A stretch of DNA of 64,000 nt from Trypanosoma brucei. Taxonomy: Eukaryota. The translations under genes and the position numbers were made by a program. Below are positions 12,324 through 23,013 of the stretch, one piece after another; the stretch's first letter is position 1, and each line of letters starts with the position of its first letter. The stretch spans positions 1,120,001-1,184,000 of the forward strand of contig CM000208.1 in the NCBI GenBank assembly GCA_000002445.1. Reading direction: 5' to 3'. The notes beneath the pieces were generated by a model. That model saw only the letters and a list, made by a program, of their open reading frames with translations. It was not told the origin of the DNA and made no database searches.

Positions 12324-13493
12324 CTACTTTTTATTCAGAGGTCCAATAAGCCACCGGGGGTTCGCGGCGTTTGAAACGTTGCAGACAGTACTAAATTTTA
12401 CGTACTTACGAGAGCCCCACACGGTGTGGATTTCAGTAGTATAACGTTCCAACAAGTATTTGTACGCTTCCCGTTGGGTGGAAGAGTCCCGTAGTGCCCT
12501 ATACCAACTCGTCTCGTTGATGAATTGGAGCATCTTTTCGCTTCGAGCGGCGGGTGGGCCTGGGAAGTGCAAGATCATGCCATTTTTAACCGGCACCCCG
12601 GACGGATAGTGAAAATATCGTGTCTCGTAATCGAGAGACATTATTCCCCTTCGAAGCAACAACTTTCGATTCGCATGTTTTGGCCTGGTAACACTCCATA
12701 TAAACACCATTGTCCACATGCTCTGGTCGCACCACCACTTGAAACTCCGTCGTTTCAGAGCGAAGAAAACCTCCAAAGCTTCCTTTAGTGCCCACACTCT
12801 GGCTATCATCCCTCCTCCATTAAGGTGTGATTCCCCCGAGGGAGTTTCCCTCAAAAGAGCTTGCGTTCCCTCTTTAATGGAAACCGCGAGTGCTCCCTCA
12901 TAGAGGTTCATACACATATCCCTCGGTTTAACCTTCCGAGTGTCTACACCCGTCATGATATACGTTTGTGGGGCATGGCAATTCTTTTCAGCGGCGAATA
13001 ATAACGGTGGTGCCATTTTCCCATGAAGAGTGTCTTCCTCGCTAAACAACTCTCGCGTGCTCGGTGTTGTGTTCATAAAATACTCGATTGCTTCTTCTCT
13101 TCTCGCTGCTTCTGAGAAGAACGTATCGCCGCCGTCAAATATCACCATCACATCATTATCCTGCATCCTCTTCCACAACATATACTTTCGAATCCACGCC
13201 CACCTCCATGCATGCACATAAACCGCACCTGCGCCCACCGTCGCAACTCTCACATTTGTAAGAACAGAACTCAGAAGCATTCGACACCACCCTGGGGAAG
13301 GTTTCGTTTGCACCACAACATAATACACTCCTGGCGAATGGTCATTTAAACTACTATTTTTCACCCACCGCTTGGCCTCCCTCTTCCTGAAATCCATTAC
13401 CCCCATAAACATTAACACAATCAACAGCATTACCGCCGCCATGACATATAATCTTTTTCTCGCATCTCCCCCAACCCAGGGCCCCTTTAACAT
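12324..13493 (-). CDS. Type II membrane protein, putative Golgi glycosyltransferase-like (GT-A fold?)
   Basis: Short cytosolic tail, a single transmembrane segment (VMAAVMLLIVLMFMGVM), then a large lumenal domain with a DxD-like motif (VMVIFDGGDTFF). The track ORF starts at 13703 with TTG through a polypyrimidine tract. The first in-frame ATG is about 13493 (MLKGPW…), preceded by a polyY tract and AG. Confidence 0.45.
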   Translation of the reverse strand: MLKGPWVGGDARKRLYVMAAVMLLIVLMFMGVMDFRKREAKRWVKNSSLNDHSPGVYYVVVQTKPSPGWCRMLLSSVLTNVRVATVGAGAVYVHAWRWAWIRKYMLWKRMQDNDVMVIFDGGDTFFSEAARREEAIEYFMNTTPSTRELFSEEDTLHGKMAPPLLFAAEKNCHAPQTYIMTGVDTRKVKPRDMCMNLYEGALAVSIKEGTQALLRETPSGESHLNGGGMIARVWALKEALEVFFALKRRSFKWWCDQSMWTMVFIWSVTRPKHANRKLLLRRGIMSLDYETRYFHYPSGVPVKNGMILHFPGPPAARSEKMLQFINETSWYRALRDSSTQREAYKYLLERYTTEIHTVWGSRKYVKFSTVCNVSNAANPRWLIGPLNKK

Positions 13494-13570
13494 AAACCAA
13501 CCTTTCTCAGAAAAATGAAAAGAAAAAAAGAATACAGAAAAAGATTTTACAACAAAACAAAAAGGCATAA
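13494..13570 (-). promoter_or_regulatory. Polypyrimidine tract + AG: putative trans-splice acceptor region for the glycosyltransferase-like gene
   Basis: The minus strand reads …ctttttgttttgttgtaaaatctttttctgtattctttttttcttttcatttttctgagaaaggttggtttATG. Confidence 0.45.
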
Positions 13571-13910
13571 ATAAGCAATATCCATACAGTCTCGATTCAT
13601 TGGAGGAGAATATGAGATAAGTGACAAACATGCCTCCACCGCAATATGGAACCACAACAACAAAAAAAAAAAACATCACCCGTTTAGTATATATAAACCA
13701 CAAAAAGAAATTATAGCCGCCTCCAGGGCAGCGTGTACGTATATTACGCTATAAATTGTAATGGAAATATATTTATTTAAAATAACGTTTGAGGATATGC
13801 GCTTTTGTATTCCACCGGAGAAGCGGATGCATACATATACGCATACACATATATACACTATGGTATACACAAAATAAAATAGCAAATTCGAATAAGAATA
13901 AAATAGTTGT

Positions 13911-14651
13911 TTACGCTAAAAGAAAAAAAGGGATGAGAAACATTGCTTTACCAGCATTTGAAGAAAAGTGGCATGTGTTGGTGACCGGTGCAGGTCGCGG
14001 TGACTCCGTGGGACCGGGTGCCTCATTTGATGCATTTGTGGTTCCTTTTTTACCAACTTGAGTCTCTTCTCCATCTTTTCCCTTTCCCTTTCCATTTCCA
14101 TTTCCATTTTCTCCTTCTCCTTCTCTTTCTTTTTCCTCTTCCTTTCCTTTCCCACCAGATCCGCTTTGAACTTTACCACTTTCCGCTTTATCGTTTTTAC
14201 TGTCACTTCTTCCCCCTCCAGCACCATTTGTTGTACTCTTTTGTTTTTCATTGGTTGCGGGTTTACACACATCCACACCCCAGTTTGCATTGGCGTGTCC
14301 GACACCGTGCGGATTTACGTTCCCTCCTCCACCGGGAAAAGCTTGCGTCAATGCACCGATGTCACAAGTGTAGTTTCGGTGATCTCCCGGATACGGAATT
14401 TCTATTATACAGAAGGGACTCCGCTCATTACTGACTTGTTGGGCCGCATGGAATCGACAGTTTGTCCGGACATATTTACACAAACCGGCGATGCCCGCGG
14501 GCCCTTTATCCTCCTGCATAGTTTTGACATCAGGACAGGGAGGCGGTCCCAATGGTGGGTCCACTTCTCCCATTGGATATTGGACCACATTTCCTCTTCC
14601 AAATAATACCGACAGTTCAATTAACACAAGCAACACTTTCAGGTTATTCAT
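13911..14651 (-). CDS. Small secreted Cys-containing protein with a G/K/E-rich low-complexity stalk and C-terminal GPI-anchor-like signal (tandem copy A)
   Basis: N-terminal signal peptide, a mature domain of about 100 aa with 6 Cys, a G/N/K/E-rich linker (…KGKEEEKEREGEGENGNGNGKGKGKDGEE…), and a C-terminus of small residues then a hydrophobic tail (…SSNAGKAMFLIPFFLLA). The track start at 14657 is TTG; the ATG is 2 codons in. Confidence 0.6.
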   Translation of the reverse strand: MNNLKVLLVLIELSVLFGRGNVVQYPMGEVDPPLGPPPCPDVKTMQEDKGPAGIAGLCKYVRTNCRFHAAQQVSNERSPFCIIEIPYPGDHRNYTCDIGALTQAFPGGGGNVNPHGVGHANANWGVDVCKPATNEKQKSTTNGAGGGRSDSKNDKAESGKVQSGSGGKGKEEEKEREGEGENGNGNGKGKGKDGEETQVGKKGTTNASNEAPGPTESPRPAPVTNTCHFSSNAGKAMFLIPFFLLA

Positions 14652-15052
14652 TTCCAAACTTCCTGAAAACCAAAGTCACATTTTAAAAAAAAAAACACCA
14701 TTGGAATATTTTCATTCATACAACACAAGCCCTCACATTAAAACATCATTCACAGCAGTATGCTTTTAAAAATAGTGCATTGGGTTGAAAACACTACACT
14801 TTGAAGAACAAAAAACATCACCCGTTTAGTATATATAAACCACAAAAAGAAATTATAGCCGCCTCCAGGGCAGCGTGTACGTATATTACGCTATAAATTG
14901 TAATGGAAATATATTTATTTAAAATAACGTTTGAGGATATGCGCTTTTGTATTCCACCGGAGAAGCGGATGCATACATATACGCATACACATATATACAC
15001 TATGGTATACACAAAATAAAATAGCAAATTCGAATAAGAATAAAATAGTTGT

Positions 15053-15772
15053 TTACGCTAAAAGAAAAAAAGGGATGAGAAACATTGCTTTACCAGCATT
15101 TGAAGAAAAGTGGCATGTGTTGGTGACCGGTGCAGGTCGCGGTGACTCCGTGGGACCGGGTGCCTCATTTGATGCATTTGTGGTTCCTTTTTTACCAACT
15201 TGAGCCTCTTCTCCATCTTTTCCCTTTCCCTTTCCATTTCCATTTTCTCCTTCTCTTTCTTTTTCCTCTTCCTTTCCTTTCCCACCAGATCCGCTTTGAA
15301 CTTTACCACTTTCCGCTTTATCGTTTTTACTCTCACTTCTTCCCCCTCCAGCACCATTTGTTGCACTCTTTTGTTTTTCATTGGTTGCGGGTTTACACAC
15401 ATCCACACCCCAGTTTGCATTGGCGTATTCGACACCTGTCGGGTCGCGGTCGTCGCCGGCAGGAAAAGCTTGCGTCAACTCACGTGTGTTGCATGTGTAG
15501 TCACGTTTATCTCCCGGATACGGAATTTCTATTATGCAGAAGGGACTTGGTTCATCCGTCATTTTTTCGTTTGCGCCGACCCGACATTTGGTTTTCACGA
15601 AATTGCACACATTTATGACACCATCGGGCCCCTTGCTCGCTTCCCACACGTAAGCGGGGGGACAGTGACCCGGTCCCAATGGTGGTCCTTCCACGGGATC
15701 TTGGGCCAAATTTCCTCTTCCAAATAATACCGACAGTTCAATAAAAACGAGCAACACTTTTATGCTATTCAT
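15053..15772 (-). CDS. Small secreted Cys-containing protein with low-complexity stalk and GPI-anchor-like signal (tandem copy B, divergent ectodomain)
   Basis: Same architecture as copy A, with identical signal peptide, stalk and C-terminus. Residues about 25-125 are only about 50% identical to copy A while the 6 Cys positions are kept. Confidence 0.6.
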   Translation of the reverse strand: MNSIKVLLVFIELSVLFGRGNLAQDPVEGPPLGPGHCPPAYVWEASKGPDGVINVCNFVKTKCRVGANEKMTDEPSPFCIIEIPYPGDKRDYTCNTRELTQAFPAGDDRDPTGVEYANANWGVDVCKPATNEKQKSATNGAGGGRSESKNDKAESGKVQSGSGGKGKEEEKEREGENGNGKGKGKDGEEAQVGKKGTTNASNEAPGPTESPRPAPVTNTCHFSSNAGKAMFLIPFFLLA

Positions 15773-17029
15773 TTCCAAACTTCCTGAAAACCAAAGTCAC
15801 ATTTTTAAAAAAAAAACACCATTGGAATATTTTCATTCATACAACACAAGCCCTCATATCAAAATACCATTCACAACAGTATGATTTAAAAATAGTGCAT
15901 TGAGTTGAAAACACTACATCATGCATAGCAGCGTGTCCACCGAATAACCCAATCCCACAATCACCATTGATTACACGTGGGAGACACCCACTAACAAGTG
16001 TGGTTATTTAACCTTTTTTTTTAAAAAAAAAGACGTTGTCATAAGTAAAAAAAAAACAGAAACACAAAGGCACACACACACACGTATTTATTTATTTATG
16101 TACGGGGAAGTAACTTTTATTTCATGTGGGCAGTATTAAAAAGACGACAAAATTGCGTAAAGAGGAGAGGCAGGAAAAGGAATTATGACAAGAATACAGA
16201 CACATGCATCTCCAACAAAATGTTATTGCAGCCGAGGGGCTCAGACATGTTTTAGGGGAAATACATAAAACACGGGCCCTTCTCTATGGCCAATGATTCA
16301 GAGGAAAAAGAAACAAAAAAAACAAAAAGAAACAACATATGCAAATCAACGAGCAGAACTGGAGGACAAAACAAATGACAGAGAGTACTTCAACTTCTTT
16401 TTCATTAATCCCCCCCCTTCCGTCCCGCACGAGTGGGATAAAAGTAACAAACAACTCGGCAACCAAAGTTTTTTTTTTAAAAAAAAAAGACTTCGTTTAA
16501 CAGAAACAAAAAAAACAAACAAAAACACACAATTATCTGTTAGAGGAATGGTCACGTAACCAATAAAACAATGCACTCATCCGAGACGAAGGATTTAACA
16601 AGCTGACAAATAAACGATACATAAAACCTCACGCAGCCTTTTGTTTAGCAAAAAGCCGAGTCGCAACAGGGCTCTATTAATTCGTTTTCATTATTGAGGT
16701 GACATGATAGTGAGACAATATCCATATAAGGATGGAAAGACACACAAGCACACACAAAAAAACAAACAAGGAAAGTTAATTACTTCTATTATGAAAGTAG
16801 AGTGCCCGGTATATCGCAGTTCTAACAACGATAGTGCTGTGAATTTCATGTAAACAGTTGGGAGTTAAACAACTCTGTGCAACATCATTGTGAGTTAAAG
16901 ACATACGCACATATTCTGTATTATCCATCCTCATCATTCTGCTACTTTCCAGTCATCTCTCCATCTCTATATATTTCTTTTTTTTTCTTATCTTATGGGA
17001 TAAGAGACATCTGGTTCCATATTAATACA

Positions 17030-17521
17030 TCAAAGTGGAATGTTGTGTAGATTTGGGCATTTGTGTGTGTCCGTTACTTCTGAGGAAATGGCATTTGTGT
17101 GATATCGCAATTTTAAATTCCACAGCACTTCACGTGTCGTTTCCTTGCGCTTAAGCGAATGGAGAAGAACTTCCACCTCCAGGTGTCCTTCATTTTCTCT
17201 TCCCACCACTGCGTAACTAAATTGGCCGCGCCATTTTCTCCTAATCAAATCATCTTTGAAGAATTTCATGAAGAGATTTCCCACACGATCGATCTCGCTG
17301 TGAGTTTGTGGGACTTTACACTTCTCTACCCATATTTCTTTTCGTGTTTCTGCCGGACTCCCAATAATATGATGAACAAATAAAGCCCATTCATCCTTTA
17401 GTGTGGCGGCTACGGGATTTCTTTTTATCATTTCCTCTAATTCGCTACAATCCGCCTCTGACATGTTTGGGGCGGGTGTTTCCCGCCTAAACTTTTTCAT
17501 AAACTTGCCGAAGAAACTCAT
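17030..17521 (-). CDS. Hypothetical protein (about 160 aa)
   Basis: ORF on the array strand with a polypyrimidine tract upstream. The track start is TTG. Candidate ATGs are at about 17521 (MSFFGKF…), about 17500 and about 17464. No recognisable domain. Confidence 0.4.
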   Translation of the reverse strand: MSFFGKFMKKFRRETPAPNMSEADCSELEEMIKRNPVAATLKDEWALFVHHIIGSPAETRKEIWVEKCKVPQTHSEIDRVGNLFMKFFKDDLIRRKWRGQFSYAVVGRENEGHLEVEVLLHSLKRKETTREVLWNLKLRYHTNAISSEVTDTHKCPNLHNIPL

Positions 17522-19085
17522 TAAAGGAAAGGAAAAACAAAACAAAACAAGTTCACAAGCTGCTACGGAAATCTTCGCAAAAGAAAAGAAAAGAAAAAAA
17601 GGGAAAAAATGTACTGCGTGAAGAAGAAGAAGGAAAGAAAGAAGATAAGGAATATAAGGAATATAAGAAAAGCGTAGAATGAAGCAGAGACTTCCCCATC
17701 TTATCCATCATATATATATATATATATGAACAAGCGCTCATAACCCCACATTAAATAAACAAATTTGCATACACACTCGAACATGTGCAAACGACAAGAA
17801 AAAAGGGGGGAAAAAACTACCCTCATCTCAACGCCAAGACTGCCGGTACTCCTTGTTTTTTCTTTTGCTGTTGTTGTTACTGTTGTTTCTTTTCTTTTAA
17901 GATAACAGAATAAACACCGGCTCAAGCCACAACCGTCCATACAATAATCACTTTATCTCTTTCTCTCCCTCCTTGCTTCAAGCAAATCTTGCCGCCACCA
18001 CATGGGAAAGAGAAAGAAAGAGACACAGAGAGAAAGGGTGAGTTGGAAAACAAAAGAAAGAAAGAAAGAAAGCAGAAAAAAGAGGAAAAAAATAAATAAA
18101 TAATAGTGATATTAATAACGAACAAGTAAGCACATGAAAGGATGAAAGACAGGTGTTAAATACACATATAACAGCCCGTGCTCATGTGCAAACAAAACAC
18201 AAACAAAAGGAAGGAAAAGAAAAAGAAAAAAAAGAAAAAAAAGAGGGGGGGACGCACAAATGTAAGTAAGCAAAGCGAATAGTGAAAATGCCGACTCGCA
18301 CAAACCAGCGGTGGACGCCCTCACGCAAAAGCCACACGCATCAATACCAACAGTGGGGAAGGGGAAAAAAAAAACAAACAAAAGAGAAAAGAAAAAACAA
18401 AAAAAAACAAAAACGAGATCACCCCTCAGCCAAACCGCAAAGCGGAAAAGTAAAAAAAAAAAGGTGGGGAGTAATATGTTAATTCTGATAAAAACAAAAA
18501 CAAAGCACACGCAAAATAGATGCACTACGCAGAGGTCAAATAATGAAGTATCATTTAACAGATACGACAAAGATAAACAACCAAACAAAAAAGATAACAA
18601 TAACAATAGTAATAGTAAGGAAAATAACATAACACAAGTAAACCGCAAAAAAAAAAACGCCAAAAGAAAGCAAAAAAAAAAAGTACAGCAAGGAATGTGT
18701 GTAAAAGTACGGTAATCGACCAAAACCAGCGGTCCACCGTGTTGCTCCACACGCATATTTTGCCAACCGCCCACCTCCATCATCACCGCCTCCTCTCCAA
18801 TGAGGAAAAAAAAAAAAAGAAAAAAAAACAAAAAAAAAACTACCCTCCTTCCCCTCTTTGTTTTTTTTTGTTTTGGATCATCCCCTGCATTAGCCACAAT
18901 TGCTGTGCGTTTGTGTATGTGTGTGGGTAAATGAATATTTACAGAATTATTATTATTATTACTACTTTCCCCCACATACCACTATTGCAAAGAAACAAAA
19001 AAAAAAAAGAAAACTGTAACAAAAACGCAGTGTACGCATACATGTTACACAAGTATAAATGTATATATGCGTGTGCGTAGGAAGA

Positions 19086-19088
19086 ACT

Positions 19089-19118
<30 letters not shown>
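19086..19118. repeat. (TA)n microsatellite (about 15 units) in the long intergenic region downstream of the PUF gene
   Basis: tatatatatatatatatatatatatata, read directly. A shorter (TA)9 lies at about 17711-17728. Confidence 0.85.
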
Positions 19119-19120
<2 letters not shown>

Positions 19121-20443
19121 TATTATTTCCTCAAGAATTTTGTCTTCTTCTTCTTTTAGATAATCAAAGACATTACAACAGTGATGAAGCACGTTGTGAG
19201 CATATTTCATGCAGGGGACGGGATGAGGTAAGGAGGAGTTAAAAGAAAGAAAGGAAAGAAAGAAAAAAAAAAGAAAGGGAGAGGAAAGATAAAAGAAGCA
19301 AGCAAAGCAGGAAGCAGGAAGCAAAGAAAAAGAAAGAAAGCAAGAAAAAAGCAAGAAAAGTTGCGCAAAGGTCAGGTACATGGTGACTTAACCAGACTTC
19401 GATTTGGGGTGGAGGAGGAGAAAAAAAAAACAGATGGAGAATCGGAGGGGTGAGAAGAGTTTTTTTCTTTTTTTTTCTTCCTTTGTCGTTGATGTTGGTG
19501 TCGCGGTGTCGAGGTGGAGGGAGGGCGCCGGGGGGAGAGGGAGACAGAGAGAGGATTTTTTTTTTAAAAAGGGAAGGAACGTTAGGCGCTGTGGCTGCCG
19601 GATCCCCCTTTATTACGTTTGTTCTTTTTTTTTTCTTTTTTGTTTCCCTCTTTTTTCTCATTCTTACCTTCCTTCCACGCAGCATCTCCTTTCGTTTCGG
19701 TCTCACACGTACCTCTTTACTTCCTTCTCGTTAAACTCCTTTTTCTTTTTCTTCCTTTTTTTTTATTTTCTCTAAGATGCTCCAGCATCATGGTAGCAGA
19801 ACCGACAATGATACTGGCTGATGTTGCGGGAAAGAAAAGAGAAGATAAGAAACAAGGGGGTACCCCAGTTGTTCTTTTCTTCCTTTGCTTTATTAGTTTC
19901 ATTTGTTTTTTTTAGTTTTTATCTTAATTTTGCGCCGCCGTTGTTGCTGTTGCCACACACCTCCCTCCGCTCCCCTACCTCCATTTCACCGAGTCAATAC
20001 AGTTTTGAACAGGCATACACATACAACAAAAAAAAACAATCAACGCCACTGTTTTGATTTTTTTTCTTTTTACACAGTAACGATGTGCTGCACAGCTCTT
20101 TTCGCCTTGCAGCACCACGTACACATACGCATTACATCGCAAATTTCCCTCGTTACAACGTGTTTAACGAAAATTTTCCTTCTTTCACTAAGAAAGCAAA
20201 CAAACAAACAAACAAGCCCTTGCCCAAGTTTTATTTCATTAGAAACAGTTTTTCTCTAACGCCTAACTTTCGCAGTCTTGACTTCCCTCATTTCCGCACC
20301 TGTTTGCTCCCATCCCCATCCCCATCGCCATTCCCATTCCTTTCATCCTTTTTCTTCCTCTTTTGTATGTGTTTTCCTCTTCCTCATTCGTCAGTCCATT
20401 TCTTCCTGTTGTCGTAACCCCTTTTCTCTCCATGAGCCTCCCA

Positions 20444-22162
20444 CTATGTTCCTTTCTTGCTTTCCGGATGATGCAGTAACGTAAAACCTTGCTGTGGGTC
20501 CCATATGTTACCTCCCTTCATAATATCCATTGGAAACTGCTGTTGTGGATAACCCTGCGGCAGACCAATGAGTGTCTGTTGTCCCGGAAGCATTAAAGGC
20601 ATGTATTGAGTGGGAGTCATGATGGGAACCGCTTCTTTTGCTACACCCGGAAGCGACAAGGCAGGTCCACCAAACTCATCCGTTCCAACAATCGTTGGAA
20701 TACCAGCCATACCGGGGAGTATGTGAGTACCAATGAAACCCTCATGCATTCCCTTCTCCATTACTTGCGGTGCAGGTTGGGCCCATCGTTTCTTATTCTT
20801 TTGATTGCCGTTCTTTCGAGCCAGCTCACGCTGCTGGCGCACCAGTTTTGATTCCACCTTCACACCATGGGGAGAGTTCTTAAGCATCCTTTGCAGTGGC
20901 ATAATGGAGTCCCGCAGCTGAGTGAACTGCTTCTCCTCGGTAGAAGTCACTATCGCTGTTTGGATAACGTAGTTTGCAAAACTATCCGTCAAGAGCTTCG
21001 GCAGGATCTGCGGATCGGTCAGCTCATCCACAAGAAGCTGCCGCACATCTGGTGTCGCACTCTTCAGGCACTTTTCAATAACGTTGCTGCAAAACTTATT
21101 GCATGAAAGTGCCGCCACGTTGTGGAGCATTTGCCTTATTATCCGGTTTGTGTAATCAGCCCCCTCGCTGCCTGTACTTGACCGCTGCGAGAGCTCCTGC
21201 TCATGATCCAAAATGAATTGAATCACATAGTTTCCAAACGGATCGTGAACGAGTTTGATGGTATCGTGGACGATTGTGTCCATCAATGTTGAGAAGTATG
21301 GCTCTGGCGCCCACTGAAGGCATTTCTGAATGACGCAACATCCGTGTCGGTTCCCGCACACATCCACGCAGCTTTCAGGGAATTTGCCGTAGAGCAGCTG
21401 GTGTATATGCGCCAGCTTTGACGAAGAATCGTCACCCGCAGCACCACTTTCCCACAGCGGGGTGCCTCGAGCCGCCGCCAGCAGTCGCGAAACCGCGTGG
21501 TTACCGTCGATGTCTTTGCAAAGTTCGATAATACACTCCGAGAAGCACTGTGCGCTGAACTCGACCTCCTCCAAACTTTTCAAGGAGTCAAAAACCTTTT
21601 GCATCGCCCTACTTCCATTGGTATCACAGCAGATCTGAGGTATTTTGTCCTTCAGTACCTCAAGAAGCAAAAGAAACTCAGACAGATCGCTTTCTGAAGC
21701 CGCTATGTAGTCTGTGGAGTACAGTACAGGGGCGACTTTGCCTCCACTCTTCAACATCCCGAGGGCATGTTGGATCAACTCACTCCCGTTGGCATCGACC
21801 ATCAGCTCACCCGACCTGGCAATCATCGCGTGTACGAACGTGTTGCGAGACAGGTGTTTTTTCCTATTGACTTCGTCATCACTTGTGCACTCCTTCAGCG
21901 CTTTCAATGCATCGACGTACCGGATCGCTTCCCGCAAACCGTTGGCGTCCCGCATGCAAAAATCCAACAGGTAACTCTCCCGGTCATCATCTCCACCGAA
22001 TTTTACTACCAGTTCCTCGACCCTCCTAGTTTCATTGTTATTTGACTTCTCGTTTATTTGTTGTTCAGCAGTTCTTATCTCGTTGTTAACCTCGCTCAAC
22101 TGCTTTAAGATGTTCTGGCGCCGTAAGTAAAGAGTTGTGATGGTTTCCTCATCCGACGACAT
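20444..22162 (-). CDS. PUF: Pumilio/PUF-family RNA-binding protein
   Basis: Multiple PUF repeats with canonical helix-2 motifs (…GNHAVSRLL…, …GNRHGCCVIQKCL…, …FGNYVIQFIL…, …CSNVIEKCL…, …FANYVIQTAI…) and a Q/P/G-rich C-terminus. ATG start. A very long downstream low-complexity UTR is typical of trypanosome PUF mRNAs. Confidence 0.85.
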   Translation of the reverse strand: MSSDEETITTLYLRRQNILKQLSEVNNEIRTAEQQINEKSNNNETRRVEELVVKFGGDDDRESYLLDFCMRDANGLREAIRYVDALKALKECTSDDEVNRKKHLSRNTFVHAMIARSGELMVDANGSELIQHALGMLKSGGKVAPVLYSTDYIAASESDLSEFLLLLEVLKDKIPQICCDTNGSRAMQKVFDSLKSLEEVEFSAQCFSECIIELCKDIDGNHAVSRLLAAARGTPLWESGAAGDDSSSKLAHIHQLLYGKFPESCVDVCGNRHGCCVIQKCLQWAPEPYFSTLMDTIVHDTIKLVHDPFGNYVIQFILDHEQELSQRSSTGSEGADYTNRIIRQMLHNVAALSCNKFCSNVIEKCLKSATPDVRQLLVDELTDPQILPKLLTDSFANYVIQTAIVTSTEEKQFTQLRDSIMPLQRMLKNSPHGVKVESKLVRQQRELARKNGNQKNKKRWAQPAPQVMEKGMHEGFIGTHILPGMAGIPTIVGTDEFGGPALSLPGVAKEAVPIMTPTQYMPLMLPGQQTLIGLPQGYPQQQFPMDIMKGGNIWDPQQGFTLLHHPESKKGT

Positions 22163-23013
22163 AGCTTTGGTCCTCTTCTTTTTTCGCTTATGTTACTTCT
22201 CCCCCAACGTTCCACTTGCCCTCGTTCTTTCTTTGTTGTCCCTTTCCTCCCTATTATTCACCCTTTCCCCTTCTTCGAAGGACAGAAGACACCCACAAAA
22301 GTGACTTAGCGGTTTCTCTCCTGTGATTTTTTTCTTCGTGCTATTTGAGCCGTTTCTCTTCTCTTCACTTCCTACTCACTCTCCCCCACCTTCGCACGTT
22401 TGTTTGTGTGTGTGCCCGCGTATGTCACCAATGAGTGGCACATTCAAGGGTTACAAGAACATCATGAAAGAAGCAAGGAGGGAGACCGAGAAACAATAGC
22501 AACATAGGATTATGCTGACATATGAAAGATTGCCAAACGTACAGATACAAATTTCGCTTACGTGCGATCGACTGGCCGACTGGTTGAAGCGAAAGCTGAG
22601 TAATACATCCTGGAATTGCGCGATAGGCCACGCAGTTTCCTATCAAGCGCAACCCATCATTACGCAGCGAAAAAACGCAAAGGAAATGTACAAACCCACC
22701 CCACCCTCAGCCGATCCTTGCACAAATGTGAAAGATAGTGCGTGAAAGGGCGGGAAGTAAAAACAGTTTCCACACAGGAAGAAGAGAAGGGTCATATCCA
22801 CACACCGCATGCTGAGACAGCTATAAAAAGAAAAATGACCATAAACATAACGGTACACACCCGTAAGAGCGGTACCCGCGCAGAGGTGCACAACGGTGGA
22901 TACACCCAGTAAGCAAAGAAAAGGACAGGAAGAAGGTGAAGGCAGCGCACATGATTGAGTAACAAGAATTAACCTTGAAAAAAAAACGGGTGCTGATAAT
23001 GTAACCAATGCAC

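Larger units (their letters stand above)
13668..15918. repeat. Tandem direct repeat, 2 units of about 1142 bp, each carrying one surface-protein gene plus flanking UTR
   Basis: 13676-13885 is identical to 14818-15027, giving a period of 1142 bp. Identity extends across the intergenic/UTR sequence and both gene ends, and is interrupted only by a divergent cassette of about 330 bp inside the CDS. Confidence 0.9.

Noticed and set aside
13988-15727. Plus-strand ORFs overlapping the surface-protein genes (for example 13988-14434, 14058-14606, 15130-15618, 15200-15727)
   Set aside because: These are antisense read-through frames of the low-complexity stalk (poly-F/L/S products). They are duplicated only because the DNA is duplicated, and are not independent genes.
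18112-18975. 287-aa track ORF on the minus strand (MGESSNNNNN…FFFLFFFF…)
   Set aside because: Extremely low complexity (poly-F/L/N). It is a translation of polypurine/polypyrimidine intergenic DNA, not a gene.
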